The notes under the pieces were generated by a model. The model worked only from the letters and a program-made list of their open reading frames with translations, did not search any database and had not been told where the DNA came from. The position numbers were made by a program, and so were the translations under genes. Positions 1 to 9,494 of a stretch of 64,000 nt of DNA are shown in pieces (position 1 is the first letter of the stretch; the number at the start of each line of letters is the position of its first letter). The DNA comes from a virus (taxonomy: Duplodnaviria; Caudoviricetes), in the IMG/VR virus record IMGVR_UViG_3300044675_007236. The stretch is one strand, 5' to 3'.

Positions 1-128
1 ACCTGCTAGCTAAAAATCAGATATGTCATCACCTGTGTCCGAGCTTTGAAATAAAAACAAAACAAAAAGAAAACAAAAAAACCAAACAACTGGATTTTCA
101 TACCAAGGCATTTAAAGGCTTCTCCTGA

Positions 129-761
129 CTAGTTGTTTTCATATTTAATCGCGTCCTCTATTTTGTCTGAATAGATTTCTTTCAGCTTGAAGAAATCTTT
201 TTTGTAGACGTCTTGCACGAGTTCAACAGCTTTTTCCGTGTAGAACTCATGCCAAGGCCTATCTCGCAAGCCCACTGTCGATTTGCCTAAGCGATTGAAC
301 CAAGGGCCGCCTATCGCGTTAATCTTGGGGATAGCATTCGTAACCGTTTGATTTGAGGCACCTAGCGTGCTAAAGAGGTTTTCTAAATCTGCTTTTAGCG
401 ATTCAAAGCGGATAATGGTTTCCCAGCCGTTTAATTTTAACCAAAAGTCTTGCGGCATTGCTTCGATGTTTTGTTCAATAAATCCTTCAGCTTGAACTTT
501 CAAAAGCCAGTCTTCAAAGCTAATCGTTCCTGGAACCGTAAAAAACTGCCAGCAACTTACGGCTCGGCTAAACGGATTTCTAACAGACGTGATTCGCCAA
601 TTGCCGCACGTAACACCTGGCACGCTAACCGGCCAGTGTTTTTGATACATTGCAAAAGAGCCAGGGTATACAGCCCGCAGACATTTTTCTATCGTAGTGC
701 TTGCAGTTCTTGGGATCTCCATATACATCCAAGGTTTGCTGCACTTGTTGTTGACAAGCAT
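129..761 (-). CDS. Sulfotransferase family protein (Sulfotransfer_2-like)
   Basis: PAPS-binding-like motifs YMEIPRTASTTI and SVRNPFSRAVS, plus IIRFESL. Confidence 0.75.
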   Translation of the reverse strand: MLVNNKCSKPWMYMEIPRTASTTIEKCLRAVYPGSFAMYQKHWPVSVPGVTCGNWRITSVRNPFSRAVSCWQFFTVPGTISFEDWLLKVQAEGFIEQNIEAMPQDFWLKLNGWETIIRFESLKADLENLFSTLGASNQTVTNAIPKINAIGGPWFNRLGKSTVGLRDRPWHEFYTEKAVELVQDVYKKDFFKLKEIYSDKIEDAIKYENN

Positions 762-770
762 AATTGCCTT

Positions 771-1523
771 TCAAAAGAAATCAGGGTTTTCCAAGTGAGC
801 TCGAACTTCTGCGTTACAACTAGAAGCTAGCTCTTTCCAGTTGATAATACTGTAGCGGTTAGAGCGATGATACGCCATAAGCTCGCGGTTGACTAGACCC
901 GGCGAGAAAGCAAGCTCTAGAAATTGACAAACATGTTTCACTGCTTGTGTGTAATCAAGAAGAATTTCATGAAAGTTAAACTCTAGGTAGTCAGAAAAAA
1001 TCTCCCGTAATCTTATTGCAGCAACATCGTGTTTTCGAACGTAATCGGTTATTTCTTGCGGTGAAATGTAAACTGAGTGTTCGGTCTTTAGTCGCTTTTG
1101 TTCTTTTGCGATAAAGCACGCTATTGGATTACGGTACACGTGTATCATGCAAAGCTTCTTTGCGTCGCACCGCTGTTTGAAGTAATCGTCAAGCTCGTTT
1201 ACAAGCATTGTTTCATAAGGTACTCTGGCACCCACGACTGCTTCGCCGCACAAAGCGTTGTCAAATATCTTGTTGTTTAGATAGTGCTCAACGCTAATCG
1301 TAGCCGGTTCGTACCAGTCGACTACATTCTCACTGTCTGGCTTTCCAAAGTACCGCTCATGGTGTTCTTGTCTTACTGCCTTGCTTTTATGAAAAAGATT
1401 GCTGTGACATATAGCTTTAGGGTGCCTAGATATTGCATGCTGTATCAACCCGCTACCAGAACAATCATTACCGATAACCACCACATTCAATACTGTTTGA
1501 GCTTCCAGGTTAAACCAAGCCAT
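771..1523 (-). CDS. Sulfotransferase-like protein (Stf0-like, degenerate)
   Basis: VVIGNDCSGSGLIQHAISRHP N-terminal loop and IHVYRNP resemble the sulfotransferase fold. Confidence 0.5.
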   Translation of the reverse strand: MAWFNLEAQTVLNVVVIGNDCSGSGLIQHAISRHPKAICHSNLFHKSKAVRQEHHERYFGKPDSENVVDWYEPATISVEHYLNNKIFDNALCGEAVVGARVPYETMLVNELDDYFKQRCDAKKLCMIHVYRNPIACFIAKEQKRLKTEHSVYISPQEITDYVRKHDVAAIRLREIFSDYLEFNFHEILLDYTQAVKHVCQFLELAFSPGLVNRELMAYHRSNRYSIINWKELASSCNAEVRAHLENPDFF

Positions 1524-1525
1524 GA

Positions 1526-2335
1526 TTAATTCACTTGAAAATTGTAAGAGCGAAGAATCGTTTTTAGAAACTCAATATCACCCTGGTTTAAGCCGACTGT
1601 CGGCTTAACGTTAGGCTGCTCGAAGAATTGTTGATGTGTCAATTCGTTTCCCCCGTGGTAAACAGCGACAGATAAAAGAGGTAAGCTTGAAGTTGAATTA
1701 AACGGTGTATGCTGATTGATGAAAACGCTACAACCAACCTGCTGGCGTATTCTTGCAATTAGCTCTTCATGCTCTTCGACGTTTAGCGATTCGTCAAAAA
1801 GCCAAGGCTTACCGTTGCGATCTAATCTAGGAAACAACGCGGTAGACGCTATGCCTTCTTGTAGCCCTAGTAAGTGTAATTTGGGTGTACCAGCGACTGA
1901 CATTTCCGCGTCGTAACCGACCGCTGAGAGCACAGCTGTAAGGTCTACTCTAAGCTGGTATCTAAGCAGGCAAGCCGTGGCTGCTTGCCTGTGTGCCATC
2001 TGATACAAGAGTCTATCAGGGTGAAAGTAATCGTCGTCGTCGATACAGATAACGTACTCACCTGCTGCGTGCTCTTTCAAGGCGATATTACGCATAGCCG
2101 CTGCGTTCAAGCCTGGTCTTACAGCTATCTCGCGAACAGAGCAACCAGCTGCTGTATACAACTCTGAATCCATATCGGAGTTCGTAAGCACGTTTTGGTT
2201 TGTGCCGTTTACAATAAGCAGCTCATACGGCGTGTACCGCTGGTAGATAAAGTTGTTGACTGCTTTTCTTGCCAGGTTAAGCCGGTAAGGATTGGAAAAC
2301 GGTAAAATGCAAGAAACAAGTCTACTGCGATCCAT
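1526..2335 (-). CDS. Glycosyltransferase family 2
   Basis: CIDDDDYFHPDRL DxD motif and GT-A N-terminus; ATG at 2335 preferred to the ORF-track start 2461, which overlaps the upstream gene. Confidence 0.75.
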   Translation of the reverse strand: MDRSRLVSCILPFSNPYRLNLARKAVNNFIYQRYTPYELLIVNGTNQNVLTNSDMDSELYTAAGCSVREIAVRPGLNAAAMRNIALKEHAAGEYVICIDDDDYFHPDRLLYQMAHRQAATACLLRYQLRVDLTAVLSAVGYDAEMSVAGTPKLHLLGLQEGIASTALFPRLDRNGKPWLFDESLNVEEHEELIARIRQQVGCSVFINQHTPFNSTSSLPLLSVAVYHGGNELTHQQFFEQPNVKPTVGLNQGDIEFLKTILRSYNFQVN

Positions 2336-2346
2336 AACGCTTTCTC

Positions 2347-2784
2347 CTAATCCTCTGCTTCGTCGTAACAAGTCCAAGCCTCGGCAAAACAAACACCCCA
2401 GCTTTTTCGATGTCGTTTTCTCGACAAACCGTTTCGGTCGTAGTCCATAGCATGTGCCCATTCATGAATGAAGCTATCTATAACGACCGGCTCAGGTAGT
2501 GTAGCGTCAACCTCAATCTCAAAGCGTTTGAGCTTACCTGTTTTGTCGGCAAAAACAAGACATCTGGCACATAGTTTAGCTTCTGTAAGATCGCAGTACT
2601 TTATAGCAACAGGTAAAGACACTGGGCAATTCTTTCGCAACAGTTTTTCAAGTGCTGCTAACGGTTTTTTTGTACCGGTATACCTAAGTTTGGTTTGCGA
2701 GTGATTTTGACCAAATCTGTAGTGTTGTAGGTGTTCTAGTACAAGACTAAACTTTTCTTTTGGCATATTTTTGTATTGCACCAA
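2347..2784 (-). CDS. SprT-like HExxH zinc metalloprotease
   Basis: FIHEWAHAMD followed by H..W (RHRKSWG). Confidence 0.6.
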   Translation of the reverse strand: MVQYKNMPKEKFSLVLEHLQHYRFGQNHSQTKLRYTGTKKPLAALEKLLRKNCPVSLPVAIKYCDLTEAKLCARCLVFADKTGKLKRFEIEVDATLPEPVVIDSFIHEWAHAMDYDRNGLSRKRHRKSWGVCFAEAWTCYDEAED

Positions 2785-3430
2785 GTTCTAAGAGTCTGCG
2801 GGCTGCACTTTCGATGGCATAGTGTACTCCCAACATTTTACGTTGTACACCAGGCTTTTTGAAGAATCTACCCAAAGAATTACGATAACGCAAATACAAC
2901 ATGAATGTCTCAGCAAAATCTTCGCTTGGGTTTGTTGCGGCGTAATCTGTAGCAAATTCATTTAGCAAAAAAGCGTAGAAGACCTTTAGCTTCTGTTTCT
3001 TGGTTCTACACTTGGCTTTAGCCTGCAAATAAAGCGGATTGTGCTTTAGTTCTTTTCGCCATTGACGGTAGACATTGTCTTTGTCATCACTGTATGAACC
3101 CCCGAAACACTGGATAAACCAGTCTTGCTCAAAAAAAGCCGTGTCTAAGCAATACCACGCATGGGCATATTCGTGGCGTATCGTGTCGCAGAGAGTGTAT
3201 CCAACTTTGCCTGGCTTATGCGGTGTATCTTTAGGGAGATAGATCACACCTTTTTCGTAACCTAGTTCTTTGTACCAACCCAGGTCTTCAAATACAAAAC
3301 CACGCTCGCCTTTGCTTTTGTGCGAGGTAACTACTAACTTTACTTTATCGAGGTACACACCATCGTACAGTAAACCTACCTCAGCAAGTTCTCGCCGAAC
3401 TTTATTGTAAGCACGGTTTACCTGTTCCAT
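2747..3430 (-). CDS. Zinc metallopeptidase (HExxH ... NPSEDFAE type)
   Basis: IRHEYAHAW and YAATNPSEDFAETF; ATG at 3430 has a GAGGT Shine-Dalgarno. Confidence 0.65.
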   Translation of the reverse strand: MEQVNRAYNKVRRELAEVGLLYDGVYLDKVKLVVTSHKSKGERGFVFEDLGWYKELGYEKGVIYLPKDTPHKPGKVGYTLCDTIRHEYAHAWYCLDTAFFEQDWFIQCFGGSYSDDKDNVYRQWRKELKHNPLYLQAKAKCRTKKQKLKVFYAFLLNEFATDYAATNPSEDFAETFMLYLRYRNSLGRFFKKPGVQRKMLGVHYAIESAARRLLELGAIQKYAKRKV

Positions 3431-3446
3431 GGAAACCTCACATAGC

Positions 3447-3869
3447 TTAAAGGCCGACCGCCAACCTGCTTTCAAATAACTTCTTTGCGTCTTGTCGACA
3501 ATTTGGATTGTATTTTTTCCAGTTACCTTTATGCCCAATCCAAAAGTGATGGTAACGACAAAGCGTAATCAAATTCGTCGTATCGAGCTCGAGCTCAGGA
3601 TACTTACTAAACGGTTTGATGTGATGAACGTTCAAATCTTTCACGGTAGCACAAGCTTCGCAAACAGGGTGTCTTCGGATGTAGCTGGCTCTTACCTTTG
3701 TCCAACCACTCGATCGTTCGCTCTCGTAGACTAAGCCAGCTGGAACCTTTTCTGCGACTTGATCTGCAGGCTCGGGTGGGATTACGGTAGCTTTGTAAGC
3801 CAACGTACTACCGAAAAAAATCAAAAACAAAATCCCTAAAAGCAGATTTAGCCAAGGTCTATTTTTCAC
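3447..3869 (-). CDS. HNH endonuclease with N-terminal signal/TM segment
   Basis: CEAC...VHHIKPF...NLITLCRYHH; GTG start at 3869 overlapping the upstream stop gives MKNRPWLNLLLGILFLIFFGSTLA. Confidence 0.75.
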   Translation of the reverse strand: MKNRPWLNLLLGILFLIFFGSTLAYKATVIPPEPADQVAEKVPAGLVYESERSSGWTKVRASYIRRHPVCEACATVKDLNVHHIKPFSKYPELELDTTNLITLCRYHHFWIGHKGNWKKYNPNCRQDAKKLFESRLAVGL

Positions 3870-5199
3870 CGGTAGGTTTTCCTGTGTAGCTGTCAAGATT
3901 TGCGTAAATCCTAGCAAGCTGGCCGCTATGGTAATCCCATACAAAGCCAGTAGAACCCCGTTGCTGCCAACTAAAACCTTTAAGCTTGTGCCATGCGTTA
4001 GTCGGCGTTAAAGCTTTCAGATACTCGATGCTCACGCCCTGCTCTTCTAGCATTACCGGATTGCTCGAGCCTTTGCGATGCTGATCTCCAAGGTGCCATT
4101 CGCGGTAAGATGTCTTGGCCCATATGTCGCGACACTCGTGCGCCATAATTGCAGCCAGCCTAATTGGCTTGATGTGATGCCCGTGGTCAAACCCGAGTAG
4201 ATTGGTACCGAAGTGGTAGAACTTGTAAGTTGAAGGACTAGCGTCAATGTTGACTGCCTTATCGTTGTGGTAGCGTGCTTTTAAAACGTGTCCAAGCGTA
4301 AATAACGATACCTGGTCATGGTTACCAGGTATTGCCAATACTTTTACCGGAGCCACCTCACGAAGCCTGTTTACGACCTTGTACGCGAGTTCTATCGCTC
4401 GTTCGTAAACCATGTAGTACGGCATACCTTCAGGTTGCGGTGTGCCTTTGGTAGTGGTATGCAACAGGTTGTCATGATGCATGTAATCATTACCAAAAGG
4501 CAGCACAATTTCTTCAAACGGGCCAAAAGCTTTTGCCTGTTCTACAAGGTAATCGATAGACCAAAGATATTTTTTCTCGCATTCATCAAGCGACCAGTTT
4601 TGACCGCTATCACCTACAAAGCATTGCATACCAAGGTGTGGATCCATTACGCAGATTTCAAGGGATCGTCGTTGTTTGGATTTAGGCTTAGTGTATTTAG
4701 GGTATGGCTTGGTTATAGGTTTGCTAGCAGCTTGAATTCTAGCTAGTAGCTGCTCGAGAGCAATCTTTTCGTCGGTTTTACGCTTAAGCGTAATTTTAAG
4801 CTGGAAATTACCTGTCTTCCAAATACCGTCTTTTGTTTTTTGGCTGCCTGTTACTTCCCAATTGTTGACTACAACTCGTTCAATCTCGTAGAACGCCATG
4901 TCAATTTTGGCTGCCGCAATCAGATCGGCTTCAGTCTTTCGTTCGTCTCCGTAGTAGGTAATACCGACAACATCTGCATTCTTCTTGACTTCAATTTTGT
5001 TCTTCTTGTCGGCCTGCTGTACGGGCTCAGTTTGTTTTCGAAGTCTTTTTAAAAGCCCGCCTTTGGTCAGCTGGCGTTGAACGGCCCCTCTAGATCTTCC
5101 GATTTGTCTGGCAATCTCTGCCAAATTACCCTGACAACTGCGGTAGAGATTACACAAAACATCGACGTCAAGGCTAGATTGCATGCAAACGTTCTCCAA
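3859..5199 (-). CDS. Calcineurin-like metallophosphoesterase with N-terminal HTH
   Basis: DPHLG, GNDYMHHD, GNHD, HGH, GDQH motifs; N-terminal LAEIARQIGRSRGAV helix-turn-helix. Confidence 0.8.
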   Translation of the reverse strand: MENVCMQSSLDVDVLCNLYRSCQGNLAEIARQIGRSRGAVQRQLTKGGLLKRLRKQTEPVQQADKKNKIEVKKNADVVGITYYGDERKTEADLIAAAKIDMAFYEIERVVVNNWEVTGSQKTKDGIWKTGNFQLKITLKRKTDEKIALEQLLARIQAASKPITKPYPKYTKPKSKQRRSLEICVMDPHLGMQCFVGDSGQNWSLDECEKKYLWSIDYLVEQAKAFGPFEEIVLPFGNDYMHHDNLLHTTTKGTPQPEGMPYYMVYERAIELAYKVVNRLREVAPVKVLAIPGNHDQVSLFTLGHVLKARYHNDKAVNIDASPSTYKFYHFGTNLLGFDHGHHIKPIRLAAIMAHECRDIWAKTSYREWHLGDQHRKGSSNPVMLEEQGVSIEYLKALTPTNAWHKLKGFSWQQRGSTGFVWDYHSGQLARIYANLDSYTGKPTGEK

Positions 5200-5213
5200 G
5201 TTTCAGCGTAAAA

Positions 5214-6254
5214 TTAGTCTGCTTTCTCGGTGTAAACCCAGTTTGGATTTTGCTTAACCCAGTCGATAATTCTAGTTAAAGTCTGGTCGAAAGAATACTG
5301 GAACTTGAATCCACCAGGTTTCAACTTAGTGTCTTTTAAAGCGTATCTTCGATCATAGCCCGGCCTGACGTCATCACCACGTACTAACTCGTGCAAAAAC
5401 GGCTTTTCTAGCTTTTTGGCAACTAACTTAGCGAACTCAAGCACGTTTAGTTCTGTGTCGCCGACAATGTGAAATCGCATAGGTCTATCGCGTTCAGTCC
5501 TGCAAAGGTTAGGTTGAATCCATTTGCAGATAAATATAAGTGCTTCGGCCATTTCTAAAACGTCTAACCAAACGCGAGTAGCTATTCGGTCGTGGCCGCT
5601 TGAATGAATTTGGATCGCTTCGCCGTTTGTGATCTTGTCGATAACTTTTGGCAAAAACTTCTCAGGATCCTGATATTCGCCTATAACATTCATGGTGTTA
5701 GTGATGATAAGCGGCACGTCGTATGTTCGCCAGTAAGCAATCGATAGAGCTTCTTGAGCTGCTTTGCTTGCCGAATATGGATTACTTGGCAAAACAGTAT
5801 CCCATTCTGGGTGCCCTTCGCCGTCCCAGCCTGCATCACCGTAAACCTCATCGGTAGAAATTTGAATGAATTTTTTAGGCTCAATATTGCGTATAAGCTC
5901 AAGCACGTTGTAGATCAAAGCACAATTGTTTTGCCAACAACGTCCTGGGTGACTAATGCTTCTAGTCACGTGGCTGTCGCTTGCCATGTTGATGACAAAA
6001 TCAATCGCTTTACTCTTAATCTCCTCTACGATTGACGGTGTAAACGGATGAGTTAAGTTCCACTCAATAAGCTCAAGTCTTGCTTTTTGCTCGGCAGTAA
6101 GCGTGTTAATTACGCTTTTAAGTCTGTGCCCGTTTGATTTATTGCCGACGTGCCAGCTTTCAATTCCAACAATAGACCAATCAGTGTTCTTTAGAATGTG
6201 GCCAGCTACGTTAGCCCCGATAAAACCAGAAATACCTGTAAGCAAAATTCGCAC
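5214..6254 (-). CDS. rmlB: dTDP-glucose 4,6-dehydratase
   Basis: GISGFIG Rossmann motif, ISTDEVYG, PSNPYSASKAA (YxxxK). Confidence 0.85.
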   Translation of the reverse strand: MRILLTGISGFIGANVAGHILKNTDWSIVGIESWHVGNKSNGHRLKSVINTLTAEQKARLELIEWNLTHPFTPSIVEEIKSKAIDFVINMASDSHVTRSISHPGRCWQNNCALIYNVLELIRNIEPKKFIQISTDEVYGDAGWDGEGHPEWDTVLPSNPYSASKAAQEALSIAYWRTYDVPLIITNTMNVIGEYQDPEKFLPKVIDKITNGEAIQIHSSGHDRIATRVWLDVLEMAEALIFICKWIQPNLCRTERDRPMRFHIVGDTELNVLEFAKLVAKKLEKPFLHELVRGDDVRPGYDRRYALKDTKLKPGGFKFQYSFDQTLTRIIDWVKQNPNWVYTEKAD

Positions 6255-6260
6255 GTTTAC

Positions 6261-7439
6261 TCAACTCTTGTAAAAAGTATCCCCTGAAGCATAAGCCTGT
6301 GTTTCAATGCAGTTTTCTAACAAACCTCGCATGCTGCTAGTCCAGCTAAGATAAAGCTTATCGTTTGGGTAGTAAGCGTCAAAGACAGTCTTGCTACCGC
6401 GGTCAGCTCTTTCTTGGAGTTCGTCAAGATGGCTGTAGCAGTAAGTAAGCTGATCGCCCAATCCTTCAAACTGAATGTCACACCAGAGCACAAGGTTTGC
6501 AGCAGGGTTGTAAATGTCGGGGCTTATGACCACACTACTGCACTCAGGCTTAATTACGATACAACCACAGGCCAACGCTTCTAGGTCGCGTATACACCAC
6601 GCAGAGAAGCCCCACGGGCTAATTACAACCTTGGTGTCAAGCAGCTTTGACAAGTACTCATACGGATAGTCAAGCGGCTTAATCGGTTTACCATCGCAAG
6701 TTTTGCCGTGTCCGTCGTCGTAACCTAAAAAGAACTTGTTTTTACCGGGTAGACTGTGCCAGATCTTTTTAAGCTTGCGTCTTTGAAGCGTAGGTACTGA
6801 GTAGTTTACGCTTTTAGAGTAAGTGACCCTACCGCTGAACGAAATATCTAAGCTGCGATCTTTAAGCGGCTTGATGTTACGCTTAATGTATTCAAACACT
6901 TCATCTGTAAACGGCTGTGTTGGTGGCCGGATAAGGGGTGCAACCTTAGCTAGAATCTCAGGGGCTAGTTCCGGTCTGTTAGGTCTTGTGTCCGGACCGG
7001 TGTTGTACACTACGCGGTTCTGATAAACGTGTGCATGGTATTCATTGCCAATCATTCGTCTGCGGTGTACAGCCATATCCCTGTAAGCTACACCGTGCAC
7101 GTAATGTCTAACGTTGGGCAGTGCCAGTATGCTAAGTAGCTCAGGTGTCAAATACGGGTAGTCTGATGAACTGTCTACAAGTACAGGGGTGTTTTGAAAT
7201 TCTAACTCTCCACGGTAATCAGTCCTAAGTGGTGCTGTAAAAGCATAAGCCTTAATGTCCTTACCTGGGTAGTGTGGATACGGAATAAGCAACACATCAC
7301 ACGGAGCATTGGATTCTGTGTTTACTTCGATACGATAGTTAGCCAGGTATTTGTTCAGATGCTGTGACCACAGATACCTTGAACGTTCCCAGCGATAAGT
7401 TCGCTGTGGCATGAATCGGCTTACACGAATTGTTTCCAT
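6261..7439 (-). CDS. GT-B fold glycosyltransferase-like protein
   Basis: C-terminal VISPWGFSAWCIRDLEALACGCIVIKP donor-binding signature; ATG overlaps upstream TGA. Confidence 0.6.
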   Translation of the reverse strand: METIRVSRFMPQRTYRWERSRYLWSQHLNKYLANYRIEVNTESNAPCDVLLIPYPHYPGKDIKAYAFTAPLRTDYRGELEFQNTPVLVDSSSDYPYLTPELLSILALPNVRHYVHGVAYRDMAVHRRRMIGNEYHAHVYQNRVVYNTGPDTRPNRPELAPEILAKVAPLIRPPTQPFTDEVFEYIKRNIKPLKDRSLDISFSGRVTYSKSVNYSVPTLQRRKLKKIWHSLPGKNKFFLGYDDGHGKTCDGKPIKPLDYPYEYLSKLLDTKVVISPWGFSAWCIRDLEALACGCIVIKPECSSVVISPDIYNPAANLVLWCDIQFEGLGDQLTYCYSHLDELQERADRGSKTVFDAYYPNDKLYLSWTSSMRGLLENCIETQAYASGDTFYKS

Positions 7440-8110
7440 CAGTAATGCCAATCAGTGTTCATAAAGTGCGGATGACCAGAGTAAGGAGCTGGAATATCGT
7501 ACATGTAACCAGCTCGCTTGAGAAGCTGCCGCATTGTTTCTTGTATTTTGTCAGGTAGGCTTGCAGGTTTTAATGCTTGATAATGCTCCGAAGCGTTCAC
7601 TGTAGGTTCCAGGTAAGGAACATTTGCCCTGTCTAGGTTGAAGTGCGACAAAGCAAAATGCGGAAAATGCTCTACCTGTATGGTTTTCAGGTTAGGCACT
7701 AGTTGCTTGGCCAGGTTGAACCAATTAATCATGTAGGCGGCAGGAGCCTGTAGTGGTTTACCGGCATATTGCGAATACGTGTCGTAACTATGATTAAAAA
7801 CAAAGCGTTCTACTTCTGTCCGGCGTGCAGGTTGAAAGTGACCAAAATGCACCAAGCTGTTAAACACACGCATTGGATCCCGTAGCACAAACGTAACTGG
7901 AATGTCTTTGAGCAACGGATGGCCCAAATAAGGCACAAGCCAGGGTGATACTTCAATCGCCCTGGCTTGTTTTAGTTTGGTTTCAAGATTCTTTCGAGTG
8001 ACGTCAGTACCGAAAGTGTAGCCGACTTTGCATCCGCACAGCGATAAGAACTGCCCGGCATAGCCTAGTCCACCGCGATGCCAACCAACTACGATGTGTT
8101 TCAAAAGCAT
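7439..8110 (-). CDS. Sulfotransferase-like protein
   Basis: IVVGWHRGGLGY N-terminal loop and VLRDPMRVFNSL. Confidence 0.5.
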   Translation of the reverse strand: MLLKHIVVGWHRGGLGYAGQFLSLCGCKVGYTFGTDVTRKNLETKLKQARAIEVSPWLVPYLGHPLLKDIPVTFVLRDPMRVFNSLVHFGHFQPARRTEVERFVFNHSYDTYSQYAGKPLQAPAAYMINWFNLAKQLVPNLKTIQVEHFPHFALSHFNLDRANVPYLEPTVNASEHYQALKPASLPDKIQETMRQLLKRAGYMYDIPAPYSGHPHFMNTDWHY

Positions 8111-8112
8111 GG

Positions 8113-8418
8113 TTAGCTTGGATTCCAGCCCTTGTCGTAAAGTTCTAAACGCTCTCCTTCAGACATACACAACATTAAACCGGCTATTTCACAACAGACT
8201 GCAATCACAGCCGACGAGTTGTAAAAAGTAAGCGACCAATGCTGAGTTAAGTATTTCAAGCAAAAGCCAATATCTGCAACTGAAAGATTACCGTCATCAG
8301 TTACAACGTGCAACGGACCACCAGTTTCGCAATTTTCAAAAGAGCGAAGCTCTGCAATTAGTTCGCAAAGCTTTTCTTTGTCGGATTGAATTTCAGATTG
8401 GGTTGTGTTTTCACTCAT
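8113..8418 (-). CDS. Hypothetical phage protein
   Basis: ORF in operon; GGPLHVVTDDGNL motif. Confidence 0.6.
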   Translation of the reverse strand: MSENTTQSEIQSDKEKLCELIAELRSFENCETGGPLHVVTDDGNLSVADIGFCLKYLTQHWSLTFYNSSAVIAVCCEIAGLMLCMSEGERLELYDKGWNPS

Positions 8419-8464
8419 TCTAGAGGCCTCGCTTGTCGCTAACTGCGACAGTCAGTTGGCATTG

Positions 8465-9208
8465 TTATAGGCACTCCGGACCGCAGTCTGACATCTCGAT
8501 CATCTTACCAATATCAGCCTTGGTTTGCGTTTCTTCGGGTGCCGTACTACCGACATTCCAATGTAAGTTCCTTATTCTTTTGTCGGCCTCGGACTCTGTT
8601 TTTACCGTGGAATACGGCATCAAAAACGACGCATGTACGTATATGTTAGGATACACGTCACTCTTAGGTATTCCGTTACTTACAACGCTTATCTCGTAAA
8701 CATCATTAGGCCACACACTGGAAACAAGGTAAAGCACCCCGTTGAATTTGTAGATAACCGTTTCCATGGTGACAAATGTAGGCAGCGATTCAGGGTTATT
8801 GTATGTCATTTTGGGTTGTAACTTCACAAGTTCTGGTTCGGACAAGATTCTTTTCCAACCGTTATGCATTTCCTCTTTGAGCCGATCCACAGCAACGTTT
8901 AACTTCACAGGTTCTGGTTCGGACGAGATTCTTTTCCAACCGTTATGCTCATAAGCAGCTACAGCTGCCTCTAGCTCTTCGGCATTTGCAGCCGTCGTTC
9001 CGGTATCTGAGCCTATCATGTACTCAAAGCAGTCGATAAAGACGCTTTTAAGATGAAACCGTACAGACCGTACCGTTACATTATAGCCACGACCAGACAG
9101 AATTGTGCCGACTGCTGGAACAGCTAGCAGTTTGGCTCTACGAATAAGCGTCACCTTTTTTGACATATTAGGCGTAAAAAAGCCTGTTGTAAGCGTAACT
9201 TCAATCAT
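8465..9208 (-). CDS. Hypothetical protein with internal duplication
   Basis: ATG at 9208; HNGWKRI.SEPE.VKL occurs twice. Confidence 0.6.
   Translation of the reverse strand: MIEVTLTTGFFTPNMSKKVTLIRRAKLLAVPAVGTILSGRGYNVTVRSVRFHLKSVFIDCFEYMIGSDTGTTAANAEELEAAVAAYEHNGWKRISSEPEPVKLNVAVDRLKEEMHNGWKRILSEPELVKLQPKMTYNNPESLPTFVTMETVIYKFNGVLYLVSSVWPNDVYEISVVSNGIPKSDVYPNIYVHASFLMPYSTVKTESEADKRIRNLHWNVGSTAPEETQTKADIGKMIEMSDCGPECL
8820..8947. repeat. 47-bp direct repeat, 2 copies (8820-8866, 8901-8947)
   Basis: 45/47 identical by direct comparison. Confidence 0.9.
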
Positions 9209-9236
9209 TGATCTTTCCTTTCTAAAAATTGCACAA

Positions 9237-9470
9237 CTAATCTTTTTTAGCGTCTTCGTGGTAGTATTCCAATGCCGTAGCGTCTGGAAACCAAGTAACA
9301 AATGTCTCCATTGCGGATAGAACCCAGCCAAAAAAGCAAAGCGGACAGATAGTATTTCTGATTTCCAAAGATAACCATGTTTTAGCTTCAACGGCCTGAA
9401 GATCGCACCACCAAGAAAACAACGTCAGACCTCGAACAATACACGGTAGTGATTTGATTATTCTGTTCAC
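9237..9470 (-). CDS. Hypothetical protein
   Basis: ORF fills the gap in the operon. Confidence 0.4.
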   Translation of the reverse strand: MNRIIKSLPCIVRGLTLFSWWCDLQAVEAKTWLSLEIRNTICPLCFFGWVLSAMETFVTWFPDATALEYYHEDAKKD

Positions 9471-9494
9471 GATTTCTTCGGTATAAAAACGGAA

